A DNA stretch of 64,000 nucleotides, taken from NCBI GenBank assembly GCA_963736645.1, contig CAVTPJ010000008.1, positions 76,707 to 140,706 of the forward strand, read 5' to 3'. This DNA is from an uncultured Thermoleophilia bacterium (GTDB lineage Bacteria; Actinomycetota; Thermoleophilia; UBA2241). Every line of letters begins with the position of its first letter. The first letter of the stretch is position 1. The translations under genes were made by a program, and so were the position numbers. Below are positions 55,632-64,000 of this stretch, in pieces. Below the pieces are notes generated by a model that had not been told where the DNA came from, made no database searches, and saw nothing but the letters and a program-made list of their open reading frames with translations.

Positions 55632-56615
55632 ATGAAGAAGAGGTTGCTTGTCCTTGCGACGATCGGGATCGCGGCGGCGGCGCTTGCGGCGCTCGCCGCC
55701 TGCGGCGGCGAGCCAAGCGTCTCCCTCGTCGCCTATTCGACACCACGCGAGGCGTACGAGGACCTCATCCCCGCCTTCCAGGCGACGGATGCCGGTAGCG
55801 GCGTGCAGTTCAGCGAGTCCTACGGCGCGTCGGGCGAGCAGAGCCGCGCGGTCGAAGCCGGGCTCCCAGCGGACGTCGTGGAGTTCTCCCTCGAGCCCGA
55901 CATGAAGCGCCTCGTCGATGCCGGCCTGGTCGCCTCCAGCTGGAACCAGAACGAGTATGACGGCTTCGTCACGGAGTCGGTGGTGGTGCTGGTGGTGCGC
56001 AAGGGCAATCCTGAGGGCATCCAGGGATGGGCGGACCTGGTCAAGCCCGGGGTCGAGGTGATCGAGCCCAACCCGTTCACATCCGGCGGCGCCAAGTGGA
56101 ACATCATGGCCGCGTACGGCGCCCAGCTGAAGCAGGGCAGGACCGAGGAGCAGGCGACGGCCTACCTCGCCGACCTCTTCGCGAACGTGCCGGTGCAGGA
56201 CAAGAGCGCGCGTGAGGCGCTGCAGACGTTCATCGGCGGCAAGGGCGACGTGCTGCTGTCCTACGAGAACGAGGCGATCGCCGCTCAGCAGGCCGGCGAG
56301 GACGTCGACTACGTGGTGCCGGCCGAGACCATCCTGATCCAGAACCCGCTCGCTGTCACCGAGGAAGCCGTGCCGGACGCGCAGAGCTTCTACGACTTCC
56401 TGTACACGCCGGAGGCCCAGGCGATCTTCGTCTCCAAGGGCTACCGGCCCGTCGTGGACGGCGTCGAGGGTGCGGATGCGTTCCCGGCCCCCGCGAGTCT
56501 CTTCACCATCGACGACCTCGGTGGCTGGGAGCAGGTGAACGCGGAGTTCTTCGATCCTGACGGCAGTGTCATGGCGACCATCGAGGAGGGCCTTGGCATC
56601 AGTACCCAGCAGTAG
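55632..56615 (+). CDS. cysP: sulfate/thiosulfate ABC transporter substrate-binding lipoprotein
   Basis: The ATG follows GGAGGG. Lipobox LAACGG. YGASGEQSRAVEAGLPADVV and NPFTSGGAKWN are typical of Sbp/CysP. Confidence 0.9.
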   Translation: MKKRLLVLATIGIAAAALAALAACGGEPSVSLVAYSTPREAYEDLIPAFQATDAGSGVQFSESYGASGEQSRAVEAGLPADVVEFSLEPDMKRLVDAGLVASSWNQNEYDGFVTESVVVLVVRKGNPEGIQGWADLVKPGVEVIEPNPFTSGGAKWNIMAAYGAQLKQGRTEEQATAYLADLFANVPVQDKSAREALQTFIGGKGDVLLSYENEAIAAQQAGEDVDYVVPAETILIQNPLAVTEEAVPDAQSFYDFLYTPEAQAIFVSKGYRPVVDGVEGADAFPAPASLFTIDDLGGWEQVNAEFFDPDGSVMATIEEGLGISTQQ

Positions 56616-57471
56616 CGGCGCCGGCGCTCTCCCGGCGGCCGGCGCGAAGACCAAGCCACCCCTGGTGCTGCGCCGCGCGAAGGTGCGGCGCAGCACCTGG
56701 CTCGGTGTCGGCCTCGTGACGCTGTACCTGAGCGTCATCGTGCTCATCCCGTTGGCTGCCGTCTTCTGGCACGCAGCCGAACTGGGCCCGGCCGCCATCT
56801 GGCGCGTCATCAGCAGCCCGGACACCCGGGCCGCCCTTCAGCTCAGTCTGTTCGCGTCGCTCGCGGTCGCGGCGATCAACGCCGTGGTCGGGACCATCAT
56901 CGCGTGGGTGCTCGTGCGCGACGCGTTTCCGGGCAAGACGGCAGTCAACGCGCTCATCGATCTGCCCTTCGCACTGCCCACGATCGTCGCGGGCCTCACA
57001 CTGTTGGCGCTCTACGGTCCGAAGGGCGCGTTCGGCGTCAACCTCGCGTACACCCGAGCGGCCGTGATGCTGGCGCTGCTGTTCGTCACGCTGCCGTTCG
57101 TCGTCCGCTCCGTGCAGCCCGTGCTTCTGGAACTCGAGCGAGACGTGGAGGAGGCGGCCAGCTCGCTCGGCGCGCACGGGCTCACGGTGTTCCGCCGGAT
57201 CGTGCTGCCGAGCCTGCTGCCGGCGATCATCTCCGGCGCGGGGCTCTCGTTCGCCCGTGCGATCGGGGAGTTCGGCTCAGTGGTGCTCATCTCCGGCAAC
57301 ATCCCCTTCAAGACGCAGATCGCTCCGGTGCGCATCTTCGCGCTGGTGGAGAGCGGTGACTCAGCCGGCGCCGCGGCGCTCGCGGTCGTTCTGCTCCTGA
57401 TCTCCTTCGGCGTCCTTCTCGGACTCGCATTCGTCCAGCGATGGGGAAGGAGGGGTGATGAAGAGGAATGA
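56566..57471 (+). CDS. cysT: sulfate ABC transporter permease (start uncertain: 56566, 56665 or 56683)
   Basis: The sequence LYLSVIVLIPLAAVFW ... FPGKTAVNALIDLPFALPT ... is CysT-like. Confidence 0.85.
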   Translation: MSWRPSRRALASVPSSSGAGALPAAGAKTKPPLVLRRAKVRRSTWLGVGLVTLYLSVIVLIPLAAVFWHAAELGPAAIWRVISSPDTRAALQLSLFASLAVAAINAVVGTIIAWVLVRDAFPGKTAVNALIDLPFALPTIVAGLTLLALYGPKGAFGVNLAYTRAAVMLALLFVTLPFVVRSVQPVLLELERDVEEAASSLGAHGLTVFRRIVLPSLLPAIISGAGLSFARAIGEFGSVVLISGNIPFKTQIAPVRIFALVESGDSAGAAALAVVLLLISFGVLLGLAFVQRWGRRGDEEE

Positions 57472-58300
57472 GGCCACCTCTCCGAGCCCGGGCGTCACGG
57501 GAGGCCGCGCCGGCAAGTATGGCTTGCGGACCATCGCCCTGCTCTACCTGGGTTTGATCCTCGTGCTGCCCATCGGGATGGTGTTCTACCGCACCTTCGA
57601 GAACGGCTTGCAGCCGGTCATCGAGGCGTTGAGCGATCCCATGGCGCAACATGCGCTCATCCTCACCGTCGTCGTCGCCGCCGTCGCCGTCCCCCTCAAC
57701 ACGCTGTTCGGCGTGTTCTGCGCGATGCTGCTCGTCCGCCGCTCGTTCCCCGGCAAGTCGTTCCTGAGCGTGCTCATCGACGTGCCGTTCGCGGTCTCTC
57801 CGGTGGTCGTCGGCCTCTCGCTCCTGCTGGTCTATGGGCGCACCGGGTGGTTGGGCGGCTGGCTCGCCGACGCCGGGGTGCGTGTGGTCTTCGCCTGGCC
57901 GTCGATCGTGCTCGCCACCATCTTCGTGTCGCTGCCCTTCGTCGTGCGCGAGGTGGTCCCGGTGCTCCAGGAGGTCGGCGTCGAACAGGACCAGGCGGCA
58001 CACACGCTGGGCGCCACCCCCTGGCAGACGTTCCGGCGTGTGACCTTGCCGGCCATCCGGGCCGGCGTGATCTACGGCGTGATCCTGACGACGGCACGGG
58101 CACTCGGCGAGTTCGGGGCCGTCAGCATCGTGAGCGGCAAGATCGCCGGCCGGACGTCGACGCTCACCGTGCACGTCGAGGAGCGCTTCCAGCAGTTCGA
58201 CCTGATAGGGGCATACACCTCGTCGTTGGTCCTTGCGGTGATCGCCCTCGTGATCGTGCTCGGCATGACGCTGCTCAAACCCAAGGAGGCCGGCGAATGA
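57455..58300 (+). CDS. cysW: sulfate ABC transporter permease
   Basis: [22 protein letters not shown] and [10 protein letters not shown] are CysW-like. The gene overlaps the cysT end. Confidence 0.9.
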   Translation: MMKRNEATSPSPGVTGGRAGKYGLRTIALLYLGLILVLPIGMVFYRTFENGLQPVIEALSDPMAQHALILTVVVAAVAVPLNTLFGVFCAMLLVRRSFPGKSFLSVLIDVPFAVSPVVVGLSLLLVYGRTGWLGGWLADAGVRVVFAWPSIVLATIFVSLPFVVREVVPVLQEVGVEQDQAAHTLGATPWQTFRRVTLPAIRAGVIYGVILTTARALGEFGAVSIVSGKIAGRTSTLTVHVEERFQQFDLIGAYTSSLVLAVIALVIVLGMTLLKPKEAGE

Positions 58301-59322
58301 CCATCAGCGCCATCGGCATCACCAAGCGGTTCGGGGACTTCGTGGCGCTCGACGACGTCAGCCTGGAGGTGGCGGGCGGCGAGCTGACCGCGCTGCTCGG
58401 GCCGAGCGGCTCCGGCAAGTCGACGCTCTTGCGCGTGATCGCCGGTCTCGAGCACGCGGACGCCGGCGAAGTCATCATCTCCGGCGAGGACGCGACCACG
58501 CGGCCGGCGCGAGAGCGCGGCGTGGGATTCGTCTTTCAGCACTACGCGGCCTTCAAGCACATGACGGTGCGCGACAATGTCGCCTTCGGCCTCTCCATCC
58601 GCCGCCGGCCCAAGGCGGAGGTCGCCGCGCGCGTCGACGAACTTCTCGAGCTGGTGCAGCTGGACGGGCTGGCGGAGCGGTACCCGTCGCAGCTTTCCGG
58701 CGGGCAGCGCCAGCGCATGGCTCTCGCGAGGGCGCTGGCCGTCGAGCCCAAGGTCCTTCTCCTCGACGAGCCCTTCGGCGCCCTTGACGCGCGCGTGCGC
58801 AAGGAGCTGCGCGCGTGGCTTCGGCGTCTGCATGAGGAGATGCATGTCACGACCGTCTTCGTCACACACGATCAGGAGGAGGCCATGGAGGTCGCCGACC
58901 GGATCGTCATCATGAACCGAGGACGCATCGAGCAGATCGGACCGCCGCGCGATCTCTACGAGAAACCGGGAAACGAATTCGTCATGAGCTTCCTCGGACC
59001 GGTCAACAAGCTCGGCGACGTCCTCGTGCGACCGCACGACGTGGAGTTGCTGCTCGAGCCGAACGGCGTGAGCACGGAGGCGCTCATCGACCGCATCACC
59101 TACCTGGGCTTCGAGGTCCGCGTGGAGCTCGAGCTCAGTAACGGGCGCAAGCTGTGGGCGCAGACGACGCGCGAGGCGGCGGCGCCGCTCGAGCCGGGCA
59201 GGACCGTGCACGTTCGTCCGCGGGCGACGCGGACGTTCGACGGTGAGGGCGCGGAGACCGTCCCGGCCGGCGACAGCCCGTGGTGGGACCGCCGGGTCAC
59301 GATGGAAGTGCATCACGGCTGA
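58297..59322 (+). CDS. cysA: sulfate ABC transporter ATPase
   Basis: The ATG overlaps the cysW stop (ATGA). Walker [10 protein letters not shown], signature LSGGQRQR, Walker B LLLDEP, and a C-terminal TOBE-like domain. Confidence 0.9.
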   Translation: MTISAIGITKRFGDFVALDDVSLEVAGGELTALLGPSGSGKSTLLRVIAGLEHADAGEVIISGEDATTRPARERGVGFVFQHYAAFKHMTVRDNVAFGLSIRRRPKAEVAARVDELLELVQLDGLAERYPSQLSGGQRQRMALARALAVEPKVLLLDEPFGALDARVRKELRAWLRRLHEEMHVTTVFVTHDQEEAMEVADRIVIMNRGRIEQIGPPRDLYEKPGNEFVMSFLGPVNKLGDVLVRPHDVELLLEPNGVSTEALIDRITYLGFEVRVELELSNGRKLWAQTTREAAAPLEPGRTVHVRPRATRTFDGEGAETVPAGDSPWWDRRVTMEVHHG

Positions 59323-59355
59323 TCGGGCTCAACGGACGGGCGACCGGCGACCGCA

Positions 59356-59371
59356 GGGGCCGCCCGGCCCC
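59356..59371. terminator. short GC stem-loop between convergent cysA and tauE
   Basis: The sequence is GGGGCCG-CC-CGGCCCC. Confidence 0.35.
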
Positions 59372-59391
59372 GTCACCGGTCGGAGCGGGGT

Positions 59392-60378
59392 CTACGCCTT
59401 GAAGAGCAGCGCCAGCCCGCTCAGGAACAGCACCGCCGCGAGGATGCTGCGCAGCACGCGCGTCGGCGCCTTGACCGTCAGCTGCGAGCCCAGCAGTACG
59501 CCGGGGATGGAGCCCATCAGGAGCGACGCCACCATCCAGAGGTCGACGTTGCCGACGCCGATCTGGGCGAGGCCGGTGACGACCAGGAGGATCATGGCAT
59601 GGAAGATGTCGGTGCCGATGATCCGGTCGGTGGTGAGCGGATAGAAGAGGATCAGGAACACGGCGAGGAGCGTGCCGCTGCCGACCGACGTGAAGCCGAT
59701 GATGAAGCCGGTGCACACGCCGAGGAGCACCGTCATGATCTTGAGCTTGCGCGTCATCCTGATGTTCTCGCGACGATGCGCCTGGTCGACGTGCATCACG
59801 ACCTTCACGATGAGCAGCACGCCGACCAGCATCAGGGCGGAGCCGATGGCGCGGTACAGGATGTGGTTGATGAGGTCGCCATAGTTGGCCTTGAAGTAGG
59901 CGATCGTGGCGACGCCGAGGAGCGACGCCGGGATGCTGCCCAGCGCGAGCCAGAGCGCCAGGGGGATGTCGACCGAGCCCTGGCGCCAGTGCTTCCACGA
60001 GCCGGCGATCTTGGTGACGGCGGCGTAGGTCACGTCGGTGCCGATGGCCATCGTCGGCTCGAAGCCGAAGAAGAAGATGAGGACCGGTGTCATGAGGGCG
60101 CCGCCGCCCATGCCCGTGAGCCCGACGAGGAAGCCGACCATCAGGCCGGCCAGGCTCAGGTACGGGTTCAGGTTCGCGCCGAGCGTCAAGTAGAGGACGA
60201 GGACGAAGACGCCCCAGCCGGCGAGGCCGGCGCCCCAGCGGCGCAGCCACGCCCCCGCGGTCATGCCTGACGGCTCGGGGGCTGGGCGGAACGGCGGGAG
60301 CGTGTCGTCGATATCCGGGTCGAAGATGTCGTCGTCGGGCCCGGCGACGGCGACGGCGTTGCTCTCGCTCTCGGGCAT
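59392..60378 (-). CDS. tauE: TauE/SafE-family sulfite/organosulfonate exporter
   Basis: Polytopic protein with the duplicated motif LVGLTGMGGGALMTP / GFTSVGSGTL. It has an acidic N-terminal extension of about 40 aa. Confidence 0.85.
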   Translation of the reverse strand: MPESESNAVAVAGPDDDIFDPDIDDTLPPFRPAPEPSGMTAGAWLRRWGAGLAGWGVFVLVLYLTLGANLNPYLSLAGLMVGFLVGLTGMGGGALMTPVLIFFFGFEPTMAIGTDVTYAAVTKIAGSWKHWRQGSVDIPLALWLALGSIPASLLGVATIAYFKANYGDLINHILYRAIGSALMLVGVLLIVKVVMHVDQAHRRENIRMTRKLKIMTVLLGVCTGFIIGFTSVGSGTLLAVFLILFYPLTTDRIIGTDIFHAMILLVVTGLAQIGVGNVDLWMVASLLMGSIPGVLLGSQLTVKAPTRVLRSILAAVLFLSGLALLFKA

Positions 60379-60440
60379 CCGGTCCTCTCGTGGTCTGGAG
60401 CGCTGGCGGACGCTGTGAGCCCGGCAGGCGAATGGCCGCG

Positions 60441-60469
60441 AGTATGGGAGCGCCCTTCTTATCTGTCAA
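60441..60469 (-). promoter_or_regulatory. sigma-70-like promoter for tauE (TTGACA-17 nt-CATACT)
   Basis: Reading the minus strand, TTGACA lies at 60464-60469 and CATACT at 60441-60446. GAGAGGA lies 5 nt upstream of the ATG at 60378. Confidence 0.5.
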
Positions 60470-60477
60470 ATAAGAGG
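60454..60477. promoter_or_regulatory. AT-rich palindrome overlapping the tauE -35 element (LysR-type T-N11-A box candidate)
   Basis: CCTTCTTAT-CTGTCAA-ATAAGAGG, that is CTTAT-N7-ATAAG, containing TAT-N7-ATA. Confidence 0.4.
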
Positions 60478-60637
60478 CATGAATCCCGCTACTGGTTGCA
60501 GTGGCCGCTGGAAGAGCCAAGGCTCTCGTGAGAAGACATGCTTATGGGTTCCTCAGCAACCATGCCAAACGGCACTGCGACGGCGGGGCCGGAGAGGCGC
60601 CCGGAGGGCGCTCCGCCGGCCTCACCGCCGGTCCGGA

Positions 60638-61366
60638 TCAGCCGGTGGGCGCGATCGGCAGGCTGACCCCGGCCAGCTGCGCCTGCACGGCGACCTCGTC
60701 GCGCCAGAGGGCCAGGTAGGCTGCCGCCTGCTCGCCGGGCGAGCCCTGCGGGGTGGCTTGCCACTCGTCCGTGAACGGCGAGCACCGCTCCTGGAGGAAC
60801 CTGCTGCGGCTCAGGCCTTCGGGCCGCGCCTGCGCGAGCGCCTCGATGTGCGCGTCGGCGACGATGCGCGCCGCCGGCCGCCAGGCGATCGGCCGTCCGG
60901 AAGGCGCTCCCATCAGGACGCGTTCGCCGACGACGAGCTTCCGCGGGGCTTTCAGGACCGTGGCCGCCATGTACTCGCCGCTGACGCAGATCGTGGTGGC
61001 GGCCGAGACAAGCTCGCCGTGAGCCGTGACGAGCGACGCCGGCACGTCGAGACGGCTCAGCTCGGTCTGCACCCGCCGGATGCGAGCGACGATGCGCTCG
61101 ATGTTCGCGGCGGCGGTCCTGCAGGCGGCGCAGCGGTGTGACGGGAGATCGAGTGTCGCACAGCAACAGGCGCACTCGGAGAGCTCCGCGTACGCCGGCC
61201 GGACCGCCTCCACGTACGCGGCGATCTCCGCCGCCTCCATCTCCGCCGGATCCGCGTAGCCCACGTTCGGCGTCGAGCCCGACGCACGCATCGCCGGCGC
61301 GGCCGGGGCCAGGGCAAGCAGCAGGACGACCGCCGCCATCATGAACATGAGGACAGAGCGTTTCAT
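60638..61366 (-). CDS. secreted Cys-rich hypothetical protein
   Basis: Signal peptide MKRSVLMFMMAAVVLLLALAPAAPA. It carries the cluster ECACCCATLDLPSHRCAAC. Third positions are G/C-rich. I recognise no family. Confidence 0.6.
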   Translation of the reverse strand: MKRSVLMFMMAAVVLLLALAPAAPAMRASGSTPNVGYADPAEMEAAEIAAYVEAVRPAYAELSECACCCATLDLPSHRCAACRTAAANIERIVARIRRVQTELSRLDVPASLVTAHGELVSAATTICVSGEYMAATVLKAPRKLVVGERVLMGAPSGRPIAWRPAARIVADAHIEALAQARPEGLSRSRFLQERCSPFTDEWQATPQGSPGEQAAAYLALWRDEVAVQAQLAGVSLPIAPTG

Positions 61367-61610
61367 GGACCCACCTCCGTGCGGGCGGCGGGGCCGTGGG
61401 GGCGGCCGTCAGCGCCGCGTACCACACGACTTCACTGTGGATCCATCGCGGGCCGGCGGCGTCACCCATGCCGGGTGATTTCGCGTCCCTTCCTTGGATC
61501 TCAGGCGACAGGGCCGGGGAAGGCCGGCAGATCACCGCCGGCAGGCACGGTGGTACCGCCCGTCGGCGCGCCCGGCCTACCCACCCGCGTTCGTGCGCAG
61601 TGCTACTGAT

Positions 61611-62513
61611 TCAGCCGGCCGCCGTGTACTGCTCGCGGAAGAACGCGAGCAGAGCCTCGGCGGCCCGGCTGAGCACTCGCGTCCTGGAGCGCACGGTGAA
61701 GAAGTCGCGGAGGACGCGGAAGCCCTCGATCGGCACGACGACGAGAGCGTCGTGCTCGAGCTCCGGGCCGATCGCCCAGCGGCTGAGGAAGGTGACTCCG
61801 CCGCCGGCGATCGCCGCCTGCTTGGCGGATTCCATGAGTCCCATCTCCATGATGACGTTGAGCTTCTCCGGGCGTATGCCGGCGCGCTGCAGATGGTCCT
61901 CCACGACCATGCGCACACCGGCGCCCTGCTGCTGCAGGAGCTGCGGTTCCCTGACCAGCTCGTCGAGCGTGACCTCGTTGCGCGTGGCCCACGCGTGCGA
62001 GGGCGCGCACACCAGGACGATCTCGTCACGCGCCAACGGCTCGGCGACGAGCTCCGGGCGCGGCGTCACCGCGCCGACCGCGCCGATCTCGAACTCCCGC
62101 GAGAGCACGCGCTCGATCACTGCGTGCGTGTCGTCGACGTGCAGGGCGATGGCGACGCCGGGGAAATCCCCCTTGAACTGCGTGAGCATGCCGGGAAGGA
62201 CGTGCTCGCCGGGACCGGTGGATGCGCCGACGATGATACGGCCGGCAACGAGCTCGCTGAGGTCGAGGATCTCGGTGCGCGCACGATCGTCGAGGTCGAG
62301 GATCTCGCGGCCGTAGCGGTACAGCACCGCGCCGGCGTCGGTGGGGACCACGGTGCGGCGTGAGCGGTCCAGCAGGATCGTCTTGAGCTCGCGCTCGAGG
62401 CTGCGGACCTGCTGGCTGGCAGCTGGCTGGGTGATGTGCATCTCGTCGGCCGCCAGCGAGAAGCTCTTGCGGTCGACGATGCGGCAGAAGAGGCGTATCT
62501 GGCGGATGTCCAT
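61611..62513 (-). CDS. LysR-family transcriptional regulator
   Basis: The N-terminal helix-turn-helix is FCRIVDRKSFSLAADEMHITQPAASQQVRSLE. A C-terminal substrate-binding domain follows. Confidence 0.9.
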   Translation of the reverse strand: MDIRQIRLFCRIVDRKSFSLAADEMHITQPAASQQVRSLERELKTILLDRSRRTVVPTDAGAVLYRYGREILDLDDRARTEILDLSELVAGRIIVGASTGPGEHVLPGMLTQFKGDFPGVAIALHVDDTHAVIERVLSREFEIGAVGAVTPRPELVAEPLARDEIVLVCAPSHAWATRNEVTLDELVREPQLLQQQGAGVRMVVEDHLQRAGIRPEKLNVIMEMGLMESAKQAAIAGGGVTFLSRWAIGPELEHDALVVVPIEGFRVLRDFFTVRSRTRVLSRAAEALLAFFREQYTAAG

Positions 62514-62526
62514 AAGCGAAGCTTAT
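62512..62526. promoter_or_regulatory. perfect palindrome ATAAGC-GAA-GCTTAT abutting the LysR start codon
   Basis: Read directly from the sequence. It contains T-N11-A and shares the ATAAG/CTTAT half-site with the tauE promoter palindrome. Confidence 0.35.
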
Positions 62527-62610
62527 CCTGAGATGAAGCGCCTGGCCAGAGCGACGGTCGCGTCCGACGTTCACGACGCCGGCCGACTGAGGCGGATCAT
62601 GGTCGTTCGA

Positions 62611-62626
62611 GGCCGGCCCCCCGGCC
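62611..62626 (-). terminator. GC stem-loop just downstream of the DUF354 gene
   Basis: The sequence is GGCCGG-CCCC-CCGGCC. Confidence 0.35.
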
Positions 62627-62628
62627 GG

Positions 62629-63738
62629 TCAGACCAGAGGTGGCGGGGGGTCGTCGGACGCGTCCTGCACGAGACGGCCGAGGCGCGCCCGTCGGGAGCG
62701 GCGGCGCGCCAGCTCGAGCAGCCGGTCGGCGAAGAGCCGCGGATCGCGCGGGGGCGTCGAGACCGTGCGCGTGTCCTTCTTGCGCAGCAGGATGTCGTCC
62801 GGTCCCGTGGCGCGCTTGAGGCGTCCATCGGCGATCAGCTTGGCCTCCACCGCGCCGGCCGACGCCGAGAGCGTGTACGAGGGCGTGCCCAGCGCCACCG
62901 CCTCGCGGATCATCGTCCCGCCGGCTCCGACGACGAAGTCGGCAGCGGCCAGGAGCCCGACGCCGTCGACCGGGCCGTCGGGCACGATCACGTCAGGGAG
63001 GCCGAGCGCCAGAAGGCGCAACCGCTGAGCCGGGTCCCGGGCGACGACCACGAGGGTGACGTTACGCCTTCCCGCGAGGCCCTCGAGGATGCCGGTCAAC
63101 TCCGCCTCGTCGGCCGTCGACGACCCGGCCGGCGCGGTTTGGCCGGCCGGCGGCCGCAGGTGCGGCGCTGCCGGGCGCACGACGCCGGCGATGCGCCGGC
63201 GCCCCACCCCCAGTCTGCTCAGTGCCGCCTGGTCGGGCTGGGCATCGTACAGGCAGTACTCCTCCCTGAACCCAGGGTATCGAAAGAGCCTTTCCGCGGG
63301 GGCGCCGGCGGAGGTCAGCGCCGTCACGGGCACCGCCTCGGGGACGGCGACCTCGTCGACCAGGTGCAGATTGACGAGGTTCCCGCGTCCGGGGCGTTCC
63401 GGGTCGAAGAAGGTCATCTGCGGTATCGCCAGCGTCCATGCGGTGAGCACGAAGTCGCTGGCGTGGCTGCCCGCGGCGACGTCGTAGCGGCCGCTGGATG
63501 CGGAGCCGATGAGCTGAGCGGTCCTGTTCACCAGGCCGACGGTGCGCGTCCCGAGGCCGCCTCCGCGATGCTGCGTGGTGAGGACGCCTCCGAGGCCGTA
63601 GCGCCGCAGGACGAGGTCGGCGCCGGCGAAGCGGCGCGCCGTGAGCGTGACGGTGTGCCCGTCGTCCTCCAGGCGCCGCACGATCGGGGCGAAGAAGACG
63701 ACGGCGGAGGCATCGGTGATGTCGACCCAGATCCTCAC
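62629..63738 (-). CDS. DUF354-family protein (GT-B/epimerase-like fold)
   Basis: The N-terminus MRIWVDITDASAVVFFAPIVRRLEDDGHTVTLTAR matches the conserved DUF354 start. The start codon is GTG. Confidence 0.75.
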   Translation of the reverse strand: MRIWVDITDASAVVFFAPIVRRLEDDGHTVTLTARRFAGADLVLRRYGLGGVLTTQHRGGGLGTRTVGLVNRTAQLIGSASSGRYDVAAGSHASDFVLTAWTLAIPQMTFFDPERPGRGNLVNLHLVDEVAVPEAVPVTALTSAGAPAERLFRYPGFREEYCLYDAQPDQAALSRLGVGRRRIAGVVRPAAPHLRPPAGQTAPAGSSTADEAELTGILEGLAGRRNVTLVVVARDPAQRLRLLALGLPDVIVPDGPVDGVGLLAAADFVVGAGGTMIREAVALGTPSYTLSASAGAVEAKLIADGRLKRATGPDDILLRKKDTRTVSTPPRDPRLFADRLLELARRRSRRARLGRLVQDASDDPPPPLV

Positions 63739-63814
63739 CGCATCAGGGCTTCGGCGCCATCGCCGTCACGCCTGCCGCCGGCTGCGGGAACCGTCGCCAG
63801 AGGAGGGGACGGCA

Positions 63815-63864
63815 GAGGGACAGCCGTCAGGCGAGCGCGGTCGAGGGGCAGCCGTCAGGCGAGC
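63815..63864. repeat. tandem duplication (22-bp core, 28-bp period) spanning the stop codon of the aminotransferase gene
   Basis: GAGGGACAGCCGTCAGGCGAGC at 63815-63836 and GAGGGGCAGCCGTCAGGCGAGC at 63843-63864, with one mismatch. Confidence 0.6.
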
Positions 63865-64000
63865 CCGGCCGCGACCGCCGCCGCCACTTCCTTGACCTGC
63901 TTCTCCGTGAGGTTGGGGTGCATGGGCAGGGCGAGGTTCTGTGCCGCGGCCTCGTCCGTGCGCGGGAAGTCGCCGAGCTTGTGGCCCTGGTCGGCGAACG
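63855..64000 (-). CDS. DegT/DnrJ/EryC1-type sugar aminotransferase, 3' end only
   Basis: The C-terminal peptide is FADQGHKLGDFPRTDEAAAQNLALPMHPNLTEKQVKEVAAAVAAGLA, which is typical of the family. The gene continues beyond the window. Confidence 0.7.
   Translation of the reverse strand, partial: FADQGHKLGDFPRTDEAAAQNLALPMHPNLTEKQVKEVAAAVAAGLA

Overview
Very GC-rich DNA (about 70% by eye, not computed), densely coding, with about 60 genes. Many long ORFs in the supplied track are antisense or out-of-frame shadows. I chose real frames by recognisable protein motifs, hand-checked G/C-rich third codon positions, Shine-Dalgarno spacing and 4-nt start/stop overlaps. The lineage is uncertain: lipoprotein lipoboxes, SLH, SpoIID, YtxH and Bacillus-like PhoPR suggest a Gram-positive-type organism, either a high-GC Bacillota-like lineage or Actinomycetota. 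Content in order: (1) the 3' part of mntH, a Usp, a HAD hydrolase and a DAO-type oxidoreductase. (2) A complete Pho locus (phoP-phoR, pstSCAB, phoU), in which all three transcription units carry the same 2 x 11-bp CTAAC direct-repeat box. (3) Cell-wall remodelling genes (SpoIID, SLH-NlpC/P60, L,D-transpeptidase) followed by rmlABCD. (4) An orphan family-5 solute-binding protein, an HNH protein, rarA and a YtxH protein with an extreme Ala/Glu/Val repeat. (5) An M28 membrane peptidase next to a second two-component system. (6) trpB2, a REC-GGDEF(degenerate)-EAL protein and an agmatinase/CN-hydrolase pair. (7) A roughly 14-kb single-strand glycan cluster (36.2-50.4 kb): Wzz, Wzy, five GT4 glycosyltransferases, two deacetylase types, two ATP-grasp ligases, an LpxD-like acyltransferase, an unannotated 34-codon ORF and an unknown Rossmann-like protein. 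(8) A ComA (phosphosulfolactate synthase) operon containing a histidine phosphatase, a micro-ORF, a GNAT and an amidohydrolase. It sits divergent from cysPTWA and is followed by a TauE exporter, a Cys-rich secreted protein and a LysR regulator. (9) The start of another sugar cluster (DUF354, DegT). I saw no CRISPR array, transposase, integrase, tRNA or rRNA. The best candidates for undescribed biology are the ATP-grasp/deacetylase glycan cluster with its coupled micro-ORF and the ComA-centred sulfonate operon. Both are inferences from gene content only.
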